This document shows, in pieces, positions 7,286-15,196 of a stretch of DNA of 25,540 bases (position 1 is the first letter of the stretch; each line of letters starts with the position of its first letter). The translations under genes were made by a program, and so were the position numbers. The notes under the pieces were generated by a model that was given only the letters and a program-made list of their open reading frames with translations, was not told the origin of the DNA and ran no database searches. Origin of the DNA: a virus (taxonomy: Duplodnaviria > Caudoviricetes); the IMG/VR virus record IMGVR_UViG_3300020462_000042, positions 1-25,540 of that record. One strand, 5' to 3'.

Positions 7286-9000
7286 TGGCTGATATTACTT
7301 CAAGAGACTTTCAAGAACTTATCAAAAGACAAAAAGAAACTACTGATAGTCTACAAACTATTATTCAACAAAATGATAGAGGTGATGATGCTGGTGAAAG
7401 ACTAAAAGATGCATTACCAGAAATAATTAATGATACTAGACTTGCGTCCCAAAGAGAAAGTTTTGATAAAAAAGAAGGTATTACTGAAACTGATAATCTA
7501 CAAAAAGAAACAACAGACGAAGTAGTAAAATTACAAAAAATACAAACTCAAGGTATTGATGAAACAAAAGAACAAAAAGAAGAACAAAGTGAATTACAAC
7601 AAGAAATTCTAGAGGCAAATAAAAAAGGGTTTTTAACTTTTGGTGAAAGAATAAAATTCTTTGCATTAGGTGTGAAAGAATCTATAACAAAAAGTGGTGA
7701 AGATAAAAAAGATGAAAAGAGAGACAGAAGTAAATTATTAACATCTGTTCAAAATCTCGGTAAAGGTATATTAGGTGCGATAACATCACCAATAGAAACT
7801 ACATTCAAAAGTATAGGTGCGATTCTAAAAAATATAGTGACTGGTGGTCTTTTACTTACTGCATTGTTTGCTTTACAAAAATTTATTAATAGTGATATGT
7901 GGCCTAAATTTATTGAGGGATTGAAAAAAACTATCCGTGCAACCATAGAAATTACAAAGGCATTTATCAACTATGTTAAAGATTTATATGCAGTATTTCA
8001 AGAAGAGGGTTTAGCTGGTGTTGCAAAAAAATTATTTAAAGATGCAAATGATAAGTTTGGTGGTTGGACAAAAGGTTTTCTTATTACTCTAGGTGTAGCA
8101 ATCGCTGCCTTTGGGGCTGCAATTATTTTTGCGATAAAAACTGCAACAAGTATGGTCAGAGGACTTGGTGGAATGATGGGTTTTGGTCGTAAAGGTGGTA
8201 AAGGTGGTAAAGGTGCAAAAGGTGTAAAGGGTGGTAAATCATCAGGTTTTGATGTTTCCAAAATGGGTCAGACTAAACAAACGATTAAACCAGATAAAAT
8301 ATCAAAATTAGGTGGTGTAAAAAATATTGTAAAAGGTGGTGCGAGAGTTGCTGGTACTGCACTTAGAGGTGCAGGCCCAGTAGGATTTGCACTTGGTTCT
8401 GTGGTTGTTTCGGCAACAGATGCAGTTGCAGCATTTGGAAATGCGAATGAATTATTTGGTAAAGAGGCAAATAAGTTTGAAAAAATATTAGCAGGGGGTG
8501 CTGGTGCAGTTGAAGGTTTTACTTTTGGTTTAATAAAGGCAGAAGATTTAATTGATACACCAGGCGACAAGATTGAAAGATATGCAAAACAAGTTGAAAA
8601 GAGTCAAATTAGTTTTGAAAAATTTGAGAAGTTTCAACAAAAAAGATTAGAAAGAGGTGATATAACTCAAGAACAATTTGATAAACTCATTGAACAAAAA
8701 AGAGTTGCTACTGTTGAGAGTATGAAAAAGAATAATGAAAAAATTAAAAAGGTGATGGACGAGAATAATAAAATTCTTGAAAAAACTAGTATAAAACAAG
8801 TTGAAAAAATAAATGAGTTGGTTGAACTTATGAAAGATAATAAAAAATTAGTTGCAGAAAAAGAAAATCAAACTGCATCATTTATGATGGCTGGTGGTAA
8901 TACAAATATTACAACTAATCCGACTGAAAAGACAATAGTTATGGACACAAGTATTACTGACAGTTTTCATTCACAAGTTCATAGACAATCATATGGTTAA
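7285..9000 (+). CDS. Tape-measure / gp29-like tail protein
   Basis: 571 aa, coiled-coil rich with hydrophobic Gly/Ala segments; lies downstream of gp26/gp51. Confidence 0.55.
   Translation: MADITSRDFQELIKRQKETTDSLQTIIQQNDRGDDAGERLKDALPEIINDTRLASQRESFDKKEGITETDNLQKETTDEVVKLQKIQTQGIDETKEQKEEQSELQQEILEANKKGFLTFGERIKFFALGVKESITKSGEDKKDEKRDRSKLLTSVQNLGKGILGAITSPIETTFKSIGAILKNIVTGGLLLTALFALQKFINSDMWPKFIEGLKKTIRATIEITKAFINYVKDLYAVFQEEGLAGVAKKLFKDANDKFGGWTKGFLITLGVAIAAFGAAIIFAIKTATSMVRGLGGMMGFGRKGGKGGKGAKGVKGGKSSGFDVSKMGQTKQTIKPDKISKLGGVKNIVKGGARVAGTALRGAGPVGFALGSVVVSATDAVAAFGNANELFGKEANKFEKILAGGAGAVEGFTFGLIKAEDLIDTPGDKIERYAKQVEKSQISFEKFEKFQQKRLERGDITQEQFDKLIEQKRVATVESMKKNNEKIKKVMDENNKILEKTSIKQVEKINELVELMKDNKKLVAEKENQTASFMMAGGNTNITTNPTEKTIVMDTSITDSFHSQVHRQSYG
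8191..8238 (+). repeat. 9-bp coding tandem repeat (AAAGGTGGT variants; Lys-Gly-Gly)
   Basis: aaaggtggt aaaggtggt aaaggtgca aaaggtgta aagggtggt aaa. Confidence 0.7.
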
Positions 9001-9185
9001 TATTCTGGTATCTTTCTGGTACTAATCCCTCTACATATATGAATAGGAACTTTCTCACCTTCTATATCTTCGTACTTTACTAATACCATTTCACTTTTCC
9101 ACATTACCACTGGACTTTTATACGGCATTGCGTGTCTCCACCTAGACTTAGGTTTAGGCCAACGAGTCCATTTAAATTTTTTCAT
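8997..9185 (-). CDS. Hypothetical protein
   Basis: ORF coupled by TAATG to the upstream small gene. Confidence 0.55.
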   Translation of the reverse strand: MKKFKWTRWPKPKSRWRHAMPYKSPVVMWKSEMVLVKYEDIEGEKVPIHICRGISTRKIPEY

Positions 9186-9295
9186 TAACTTGTTATGAAA
9201 TCAACTAGAGTCAACATAGTAAAAAGAACTATGACAAATAAATAAATCCAAAACCAATGACTTCTCATTAATTTAGTCAAAATATTATTTTTCAT
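9185..9295 (-). CDS. Small membrane peptide (36 aa), not in the ORF track
   Basis: MKNNILTKLMRSHWFWIYLFVIVLFTMLTLVDFITS; fills the gap between neighbours exactly. Confidence 0.55.
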   Translation of the reverse strand: MKNNILTKLMRSHWFWIYLFVIVLFTMLTLVDFITS

Positions 9296-9296
9296 T

Positions 9297-9743
9297 TTAA
9301 CTTCCCATTGCTTTCCAAATGACATAAAATACCACCCAAAGTGAACATAATGCACCTATACCTATCATAACCCACATAATCATTTCTTCTTGTTTTCTTT
9401 TTGCAAGTAATATTGCTTCTTTTCTTTTTTTTCTTATATCCGCTTGTATTCTTAAAACTTCGTTCCACGCATTAGGGCCATGACTCAAATTAACAAAAGT
9501 TCTGAGTTCTTGTTCCATTGCGGCGATTTTCTTTTTGTGTGCAAAGACTTCAAGTGCTTCTTCTTCAACACTCATACCAGATTTTTTTGCTTTTGCAGCT
9601 TCTTTGTTTACAGTTTCACAACTTGTCATCCACCTACCGATATCACCATACATAGATTCCACATCTCGGCCGATTTCAAATCCTTTTTTGATTGCACTAA
9701 AGGCGGCTGTAGCCGCACCAAACGCTGTAATTGGGTCTACCAT
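9297..9743 (-). CDS. Conserved phage protein with C-terminal TM anchor
   Basis: MVDPITAFGAATAAFSAIKKG N-terminus, coiled coil, C-terminal hydrophobic helix; GGAGAGG RBS and late promoter. Confidence 0.7.
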   Translation of the reverse strand: MVDPITAFGAATAAFSAIKKGFEIGRDVESMYGDIGRWMTSCETVNKEAAKAKKSGMSVEEEALEVFAHKKKIAAMEQELRTFVNLSHGPNAWNEVLRIQADIRKKRKEAILLAKRKQEEMIMWVMIGIGALCSLWVVFYVIWKAMGS

Positions 9744-9765
9744 ATTTGCCTCTCCTACTCACTAC

Positions 9766-9773
9766 TATTTATA
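9766..9773 (-). promoter_or_regulatory. T4-type late promoter TATAAATA
   Basis: Exact motif, intergenic, downstream of the gp32 terminator. Confidence 0.7.
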
Positions 9774-9788
9774 AAAAACCGTGTGGAT

Positions 9789-9823
9789 AAAAAAAAGGGT
9801 GTCACAATAAAGTAACACCCTTT
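9789..9823 (-). terminator. Intrinsic terminator after gp32
   Basis: AAAGGGTGTTAC-TTTATT-GTGACACCC followed by a T run. Confidence 0.85.
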
Positions 9824-9846
9824 AAATAAGGAGAAACAAAGGAAGT

Positions 9847-10737
9847 TTAGGCTTCTTTTGCTAATTTCTGAAAGTAATCTAAACTATCATCACTCTCAGT
9901 AGAAGTCGTTTTGACAACATTGTCTACATAAGACTTGTCATCTCCGTCAACTTCTGTCTTAGGAAGTTCTACATCTTCGGCAGAACTTGTTGTTGATTGA
10001 GTTCCACTTAGAACATCGTCAAGACGATTTTTGAGTTCATCATAAGTCTTAAAGTTAGATGGTGCAGTAAACTCTTTTAAAGAGTATTCTGTCTTCCAAA
10101 TCTTATCTAATTCGGAATCATCTTCGTTTAATTTTGATGGACTATCAAACTCTGACTTGTCGTAGTTCCAATATCCGTCAACCTTCCTAATTTTCAATTT
10201 AAAGTTTGCACCTTCCCAGAAATCAAATGGATTTACTGGAGTTTCATCTTCAAACTGAGGTTGCAAAGCTTCCATCAACTTATCATAAATTTTCTTACCA
10301 TATCTGAATAAGAAAACTTTACCTTCAGTTTCTGGGTGCTTTGGGTCAGACACTACATATATGTTTGAGTAGTATTGTAGTTTTCTCTTTTGTTTTCTAG
10401 CGATTTCTTTATCACTTTCAACACCAGAGTTCCACAGTTTAGAATTATATTCTGAAACTGGGTCTTTTTGATTTAATGTAGTTAATGAGTTTTCAATGTA
10501 CCACTTACCAGTTGGGCCTTGAAATGCATGATTCCAAAGTTTTGCCCAAGGCATATCTTCACCATCTGGTGCAGGCAGAAAACGAATAACTGCATAACCA
10601 TTACCAGACTTATCTAGTTCTGGTTTCCACAATCTCTCGTCTACATATGATTGTTTTTCTACTGGTGCATTTTCTGATTCAACTGCAGCCAGTATTTTGT
10701 CTAAAGAATTAGACTTTTTTAAAGTATCTAATGACAT
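9847..10737 (-). CDS. gp32: Single-stranded DNA-binding protein gp32
   Basis: DERLWKP, GNGYAVIRFLPAP, WYIENSLTT, FDFWEGANFKLKI, acidic tail ending YFQKLA. Confidence 0.97.
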   Translation of the reverse strand: MSLDTLKKSNSLDKILAAVESENAPVEKQSYVDERLWKPELDKSGNGYAVIRFLPAPDGEDMPWAKLWNHAFQGPTGKWYIENSLTTLNQKDPVSEYNSKLWNSGVESDKEIARKQKRKLQYYSNIYVVSDPKHPETEGKVFLFRYGKKIYDKLMEALQPQFEDETPVNPFDFWEGANFKLKIRKVDGYWNYDKSEFDSPSKLNEDDSELDKIWKTEYSLKEFTAPSNFKTYDELKNRLDDVLSGTQSTTSSAEDVELPKTEVDGDDKSYVDNVVKTTSTESDDSLDYFQKLAKEA

Positions 10738-10796
10738 ATTATATCTCCGTATGTTATTATATGCTATTTTATCTTCACTTAATCATAATATAATGT

Positions 10797-10804
10797 TATT
10801 TATA
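10797..10804 (-). promoter_or_regulatory. T4-type late promoter upstream of gp32
   Basis: Exact TATAAATA overlapping the upstream stop codon. Confidence 0.55.
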
Positions 10805-11714
10805 CAACCACTCTACCCCACATATTTCCGTAGGTGATTGTTTTCACATTATCATAGTCTGACCATTCTGGTATTTCAGAACCATCATCTATAACTCTGT
10901 AAAACTTTTTATCTGGATATTTCTTGAAATTATTTTCGTGTTGTTCTATCCAGTTCATAGGACTTACATATTTACAATCAGAAGTTATATAACAATCTGT
11001 ATCTTTATAAACATTGTTAACTTTACCTTCTCTAGGCATATCAAATCCTAACATATAGATGTTATCTGTATCTTTATTCTCTTCTATCGCAACTCTGACA
11101 GCAGTAGGGCCTGAACTCCAACCCATAAACTCACCATCAAAGAAACTATCTAAATCTTGAACCTTATCATTTTCATCAACCCAAGTAATCCATAAACCAG
11201 CATTACCTAGTTTCTGTCTTACATCACCTTTCGGTAATCCTTTAAACTTTGTCAATATTTCTAATATTGCATCTTTAAATCTCTCTGGGTCTATTCCGTG
11301 ACAAACTAATTGTGTTTTATTACCTTTTTCATTTTGATGTAGAAACTTATCTACTGTGTCTAATTCTAGACTCTTTAGTTGTTCATTTAATTGTTCCATA
11401 CTTGATTGTTCTAATCCAGTATATTGCAACATCTCAAAGAATTGTTCTGGTAACAGTTTCCATTGTCTAAAATAACATTTGTTATCAGAACAATAACCAG
11501 ATGAATATACCTCGTGCATCATAGCCCAATCAGTTGATATTAATCCATCTGGTTGGAAATCTCTATAAAGTGCATTACACCCATAAATCTTTCCCCATTG
11601 TCTAAATTGTTTTAGGTCATATCCATCTCTAGATTCACCATTACCAAGTACAAATACATTTTTAGGTTTATTATTATCCACTACAAAATCCAATAAAGAT
11701 AATTGTTGCATCAC
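10800..11714 (-). CDS. Rossmann-like transferase (sialyltransferase/MAF-like motifs), function unknown
   Basis: VFVLGNGESR, IYGCNALYRD, WSSGPTA, IYMLGFD. Confidence 0.5.
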   Translation of the reverse strand: MMQQLSLLDFVVDNNKPKNVFVLGNGESRDGYDLKQFRQWGKIYGCNALYRDFQPDGLISTDWAMMHEVYSSGYCSDNKCYFRQWKLLPEQFFEMLQYTGLEQSSMEQLNEQLKSLELDTVDKFLHQNEKGNKTQLVCHGIDPERFKDAILEILTKFKGLPKGDVRQKLGNAGLWITWVDENDKVQDLDSFFDGEFMGWSSGPTAVRVAIEENKDTDNIYMLGFDMPREGKVNNVYKDTDCYITSDCKYVSPMNWIEQHENNFKKYPDKKFYRVIDDGSEIPEWSDYDNVKTITYGNMWGRVVV

Positions 11715-12028
11715 TCTGTATCAGATGGTTTATCAAAATCATCATTGTACATAGTCTTTTTTTTAAATGCACGAATATTATCAACCTCATCTATGTCTTC
11801 TAGTTCATCATCTAGGTCACCTAAATGGTCACTATCTTCTTCAATTCTAGGTTCTGTTATTGATACTGAAATGTTTTCATAACCACAACCCTTTAAAAAG
11901 TTACTAAACTTTTCTTCAAGTTGTCCTAAATCATTATCTTCCATAACAACTTCAACTTCTACTCTCTCCTCAGAATCAAAATCTTCTTTTATTTCATTTG
12001 TTTTTATAAATGTAAATCTCTGTTCCAC
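11711..12028 (-). CDS. Acidic hypothetical protein
   Basis: GTG start with GGAG RBS; FSNFLKGCGY motif seen in small T4-like proteins. Confidence 0.7.
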   Translation of the reverse strand: MEQRFTFIKTNEIKEDFDSEERVEVEVVMEDNDLGQLEEKFSNFLKGCGYENISVSITEPRIEEDSDHLGDLDDELEDIDEVDNIRAFKKKTMYNDDFDKPSDTE

Positions 12029-12030
12029 AT

Positions 12031-12237
12031 CTATCTCCTAAAGTTTCTTCTGTTTTTAACAAAAGCTTGTTTGTTCATATCTTTAAGTCTATCTCTAAGT
12101 CCGTCATTATCTTTTTTTAAATATGCACAGTCTGTTGTTAGACTTTTTATTTTCTTTTCCATACCTTCAAATTTAGAACGATAAAAATCTCTTTCTCTTA
12201 CTAAAGATTCGTTAGATTGTTTTTGTTCCATTTTCAC
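12031..12237 (-). CDS. Small coiled-coil hypothetical protein
   Basis: ORF with GGAG RBS, tightly packed between neighbours. Confidence 0.65.
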   Translation of the reverse strand: MKMEQKQSNESLVRERDFYRSKFEGMEKKIKSLTTDCAYLKKDNDGLRDRLKDMNKQAFVKNRRNFRR

Positions 12238-12249
12238 TCCAAGTTAAGA

Positions 12250-13197
12250 TTAATATTGTATGTGTTGTAGTTGTTTTGATACATTTCGTACATAGTCATC
12301 TCTGACCATATCACCCTCGTGTATAAACATATCACAAGAACAATATGCACAATTTTTACCTTGTAATAAGAAATTCAAAACTGTATGTTTAAAGTTCTTC
12401 ATATCCTCATCAAAAGGTTTTAATGGTAAAGTATCAATACCATTATTCTCTAAAATCAATATGGAATTAGTAATAAAAGAAGATTGATTCTTATGTTCTA
12501 ATTTCATATGTTTAAGAAACTCAAAATATTTTTGTACATTAACATTGTATAAACTGTATAAAACAGAATACACAGTTCCTAATTGATGGTGCAATTCATC
12601 TGACTCAAATAGGTCAGCCACATCTGACACCAGACCCTCTGGTGTTATATCATTGATTGCACCTTTATCCCATAAAAAATTCCAATCACTTCTTAACATA
12701 TATTCTATAAGACTTTTTAAATTTCTGGGGTCACCACCATCTTGTATATAACTTCTTCTTTCACACTCGTAATCCATTTTAAAATAATACTGTTTGTTTA
12801 CTATATCATAATTAATTACTTCTATAACATTTACAGATGATTTTTTAAAACATCTAGCATTACCAGTGATTGTTTTTTCTTTAACACTACAAGCACCAAT
12901 AAAGTCTGGAAAAAAAGGTTGATATCTTTCTTGAAATATTCCTACTTTATTTTTCCAACTTTTTCTACTTACAGAATATCCTAGATAAAATATATTTGTA
13001 TCTTGAATTGTATCAAACTCGGTATCGTCTGTAATATCTTTTTCTAGTAATTGGTGATGAGTGTATGGTATACCTAAACCTTTATAATAATGTTCTTTAC
13101 CTTTCCAAACTCTACCACCACAATGAGTTAAATCATCGTCAATTTCTAATCTATTTACTTCTTTACCTTCTTTATCGTATATTGATGTTATATGCAT
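12250..13197 (-). CDS. Hypothetical protein (C-terminal CxxCxC)
   Basis: 315-aa ORF coupled to gp59; CAYCSC near the C-terminus. Confidence 0.65.
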   Translation of the reverse strand: MHITSIYDKEGKEVNRLEIDDDLTHCGGRVWKGKEHYYKGLGIPYTHHQLLEKDITDDTEFDTIQDTNIFYLGYSVSRKSWKNKVGIFQERYQPFFPDFIGACSVKEKTITGNARCFKKSSVNVIEVINYDIVNKQYYFKMDYECERRSYIQDGGDPRNLKSLIEYMLRSDWNFLWDKGAINDITPEGLVSDVADLFESDELHHQLGTVYSVLYSLYNVNVQKYFEFLKHMKLEHKNQSSFITNSILILENNGIDTLPLKPFDEDMKNFKHTVLNFLLQGKNCAYCSCDMFIHEGDMVRDDYVRNVSKQLQHIQY

Positions 13198-13790
13198 TAC
13201 TTTTTATTTTTTGTTAAATTAAGAACTTTCATTTTATACTCTGTTTCATTAATTGTCAATAGTGAATTGTAATTATTTAATTTGTTTTTATGATTAGGCC
13301 ATATGATATTTTCATTTATTTGTTTATCCCAATCTTTTTGATAGTTTACTAACTTGTTTAATATAATCATTGTTTCTATATTAATTCTTTGTGATAAATA
13401 ATTTCTAAACAATATTGGGTGTTGTCCATTTTCAACAGTAAATAATTTATTAAAATCTGTAACTTGATTTAACAACAAGTTCATATCTTGTTCAAACATA
13501 TATTTTAATGATTGATGTCTTTTTTTCCAATCTGTAAAGTTTCTATCATTGAACTCACCAATATAACCTTTTTCATTTTTCAAAAAATTAGATACAAAAA
13601 AGTCTTGTGTATCATCTCCATACTTTCTTGCAACTTTACCAAAAAAATGTTTGTCTTTTCTTTTTAAATAACTTGATTTACTAGCTCTAGTTTTACCACC
13701 GTACTTTGTGAAATCGTAGTCTGAGTTAAAATGTGCTTTCAAACCCATATAAATTTTAAATGCATTAAAGGCGTCCATAATATGAATCAT
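13197..13790 (-). CDS. gp59: Helicase loader gp59
   Basis: YMGLKAHF, YDFTKYGGK, KRKDKHFF, GQHPIL, INIETMIIL. Confidence 0.92.
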   Translation of the reverse strand: MIHIMDAFNAFKIYMGLKAHFNSDYDFTKYGGKTRASKSSYLKRKDKHFFGKVARKYGDDTQDFFVSNFLKNEKGYIGEFNDRNFTDWKKRHQSLKYMFEQDMNLLLNQVTDFNKLFTVENGQHPILFRNYLSQRINIETMIILNKLVNYQKDWDKQINENIIWPNHKNKLNNYNSLLTINETEYKMKVLNLTKNKK

Positions 13791-13996
13791 ACTGGTAGTT
13801 TACCCATTTTAGGTAAAAAGTTTAAATCTCTTGCGTTTGCTTCTATTTTATCTTTAAGTGGTTTCTGGATTAAACCAGTGATTGAATCTGGTTCTATTTC
13901 ATTCTTGATACAATATTCTAATATCGCATCCATATGTGTGATATTTTTCTCTCTGACTTGAGATTCTATGTATATTGAAAATGTTTTTGGTGTCAT
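13787..13996 (-). CDS. gp33: Late transcription coactivator gp33 (start corrected to MTPKTFS)
   Basis: FSIYIE, HMDAILEYC, LKDKIEANARDLNFL, KLPV; the longer track ORF extends through a terminator. Confidence 0.88.
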   Translation of the reverse strand: MTPKTFSIYIESQVREKNITHMDAILEYCIKNEIEPDSITGLIQKPLKDKIEANARDLNFLPKMGKLPV

Positions 13997-14015
13997 TATA
14001 TATTCACAATCTAAT

Positions 14016-14062
14016 AAAAAAAGGGTGGGTTCAAACCTTGAAGGTATTATACCCCACCCCTT
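14016..14062 (-). terminator. Intrinsic terminator after pqqA
   Basis: GGGTGGG...CCCACCC stem with an inner ACCT/AGGT hairpin, then T7. Confidence 0.8.
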
Positions 14063-14073
14063 ATTCAATGAAA

Positions 14074-14151
14074 TTACTTCTCAGCGCAAGCGTAAGAATT
14101 AATTTCTAGTCCTACTGAAATTTCAGTAATAGTTGGTTTTGACCAAGCCAT
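14074..14151 (-). CDS. pqqA: PQQ precursor peptide PqqA (25 aa), not in the ORF track
   Basis: MAWSKPTITEISVGLEINSYACAEK: W-x-K-P start, G-x-E-x-x-x-Y core carrying the Glu and Tyr cross-linked in PQQ synthesis; AGGAGA RBS at 14158-14163; terminator follows. Confidence 0.9.
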   Translation of the reverse strand: MAWSKPTITEISVGLEINSYACAEK

Positions 14152-14173
14152 AGTTATTCTCCTAACTAGTATG

Positions 14174-14205
14174 GAGTGCTGGTTGCCTTGGGCCGCAGAC
14201 CACTC
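14174..14205 (-). other. GC-rich structured element in the pqqA leader
   Basis: GAGTG/CACTC outer stem enclosing a GCC-CAA-GGC hairpin. Confidence 0.4.
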
Positions 14206-14216
14206 ATTATTATTAT

Positions 14217-14470
14217 GGTGAGTATTCTGTTACTAGGAACTCACCGAACCCTATCCGATTAAGCTGCGAGAGCGAAATCTTGAGATGCAAAATTGTCGTT
14301 TGCATTTATTGTGTTTGACCTATAAGGAAGTCAACCCATACTCTCCAATAACTCTTAAATACCTGTCAACCCTATTTCACCCCCTCATTAGGGGTTTTGG
14401 TGGAGGTGGAGGGTACTGCCCCCTCGTCCAGTCTATCTCCAAATTATTTTCATCAAGTATCTCTATATGT
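14217..14470 (-). ncRNA. ssrA: Circularly permuted two-piece tmRNA (alphaproteobacterial type); 5' boundary approximate
   Basis: Acceptor piece ends GAGGGGGCAGTACCCTC-CACCTCC-ACCA at 14398; 13-nt spacer; coding piece starts GGGGGTGAAATAGG at 14384; 7-bp acceptor stem with G3:U70; tag ANDNFASQDFALAA* at 14303-14259; terminal hairpin GGTGAGT/ACTCACC. Confidence 0.93.
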
Positions 14471-14509
14471 ATAATTTATATTTCTGTAAGTTATATGAAC
14501 AAAATTATA

Positions 14510-15196
14510 TTATACTCCAGTCTTTACAGTATTATAATATATATTTAACTCTTTGTCAAGTAGATGTAAATATTGATGTTTCTTTTTTTTAAACTCTTGT
14601 ACTGTGCCATCTTCTGTAACCACTAATATAACTATCTGTTCTATCTCTTGTAATGTTCTTTCTTGATACATCTCTGCATATGCAGAGGCCTGTATGTAAT
14701 AGTTTTCGTTCCAATCATCTTTTCGTTCTTTTGTACTTGTTTTAAAATCAATGACAGATAGAACTCCGTCCCATTCTGCAATACAATCTACTCTACCAGC
14801 GATTTTATAATAATCGTGCCATAGTGTTTGTTCTTGACAATGCACTAATCCAATAGATTCATCTAAATATGGTTTTAGTTGTGAGAACATACAATACGAT
14901 AGAAACCTACCTTTTTTATATTCATTCCAATCTTTGTTCTCATAACCATTGTCTAAATACTTTTCACAATAATGGTGTACTTGAGTTCCTCTGGTTGCAG
15001 ATTTTCTTGCAACATAATTTGCAACATCATCACCAACTCTTTTTCTCCATTCGTGTAAACCTTCTTTACCTCTATTATTTAAAACAGTGGTAATAGATGG
15101 ATAAAACTTACCCTCTGGTGTTTCATATAATCTTATACCATCATTTGTTTTTGCACTTATTTCTGGTATATTTAAATCAAGTTTATGTTTGAACAT
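14510..15196 (-). CDS. PD-(D/E)xK exonuclease of T4-like phages
   Basis: YPSITTVL, RGTQVH, AGRVDCIAE, IDFKTS, YYIQASAYA. Confidence 0.9.
   Translation of the reverse strand: MFKHKLDLNIPEISAKTNDGIRLYETPEGKFYPSITTVLNNRGKEGLHEWRKRVGDDVANYVARKSATRGTQVHHYCEKYLDNGYENKDWNEYKKGRFLSYCMFSQLKPYLDESIGLVHCQEQTLWHDYYKIAGRVDCIAEWDGVLSVIDFKTSTKERKDDWNENYYIQASAYAEMYQERTLQEIEQIVILVVTEDGTVQEFKKKKHQYLHLLDKELNIYYNTVKTGV
14531..14559 (-). promoter_or_regulatory. Consensus sigma70 promoter for tmRNA-pqqA, inside the exonuclease 3' end
   Basis: Perfect TTGACA-N17-TATAAT. Confidence 0.75.

Noticed and set aside
713-8570. Antisense and overlapping ORFs in the track (713-1090, 1187-1402, 3477-3815, 3822-4088, 6112-6360, 7998-8261, 8268-8570 and similar)
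   Set aside because: Shadows of well-supported genes on the other strand, with no RBS or motifs; the same applies to 9480-9815, 20576-20983 and 24677-24994
13997-14068. N-terminal extension of gp33 given in the ORF track
   Set aside because: It runs through the pqqA terminator; gp33 similarity starts at MTPKTF
14378-14427. Stand-alone tRNA gene
   Set aside because: Only an acceptor stem and T arm in permuted order, no anticodon arm; explained by the tmRNA
14285-14548. 87-aa plus-strand ORF with a poly-Gly stretch
   Set aside because: Antisense to the tmRNA; the Gly run is the reverse complement of the acceptor arm
14510-15196. Cas4 / CRISPR system
   Set aside because: No four-cysteine cluster pattern, no other cas genes and no repeat-spacer array in the window
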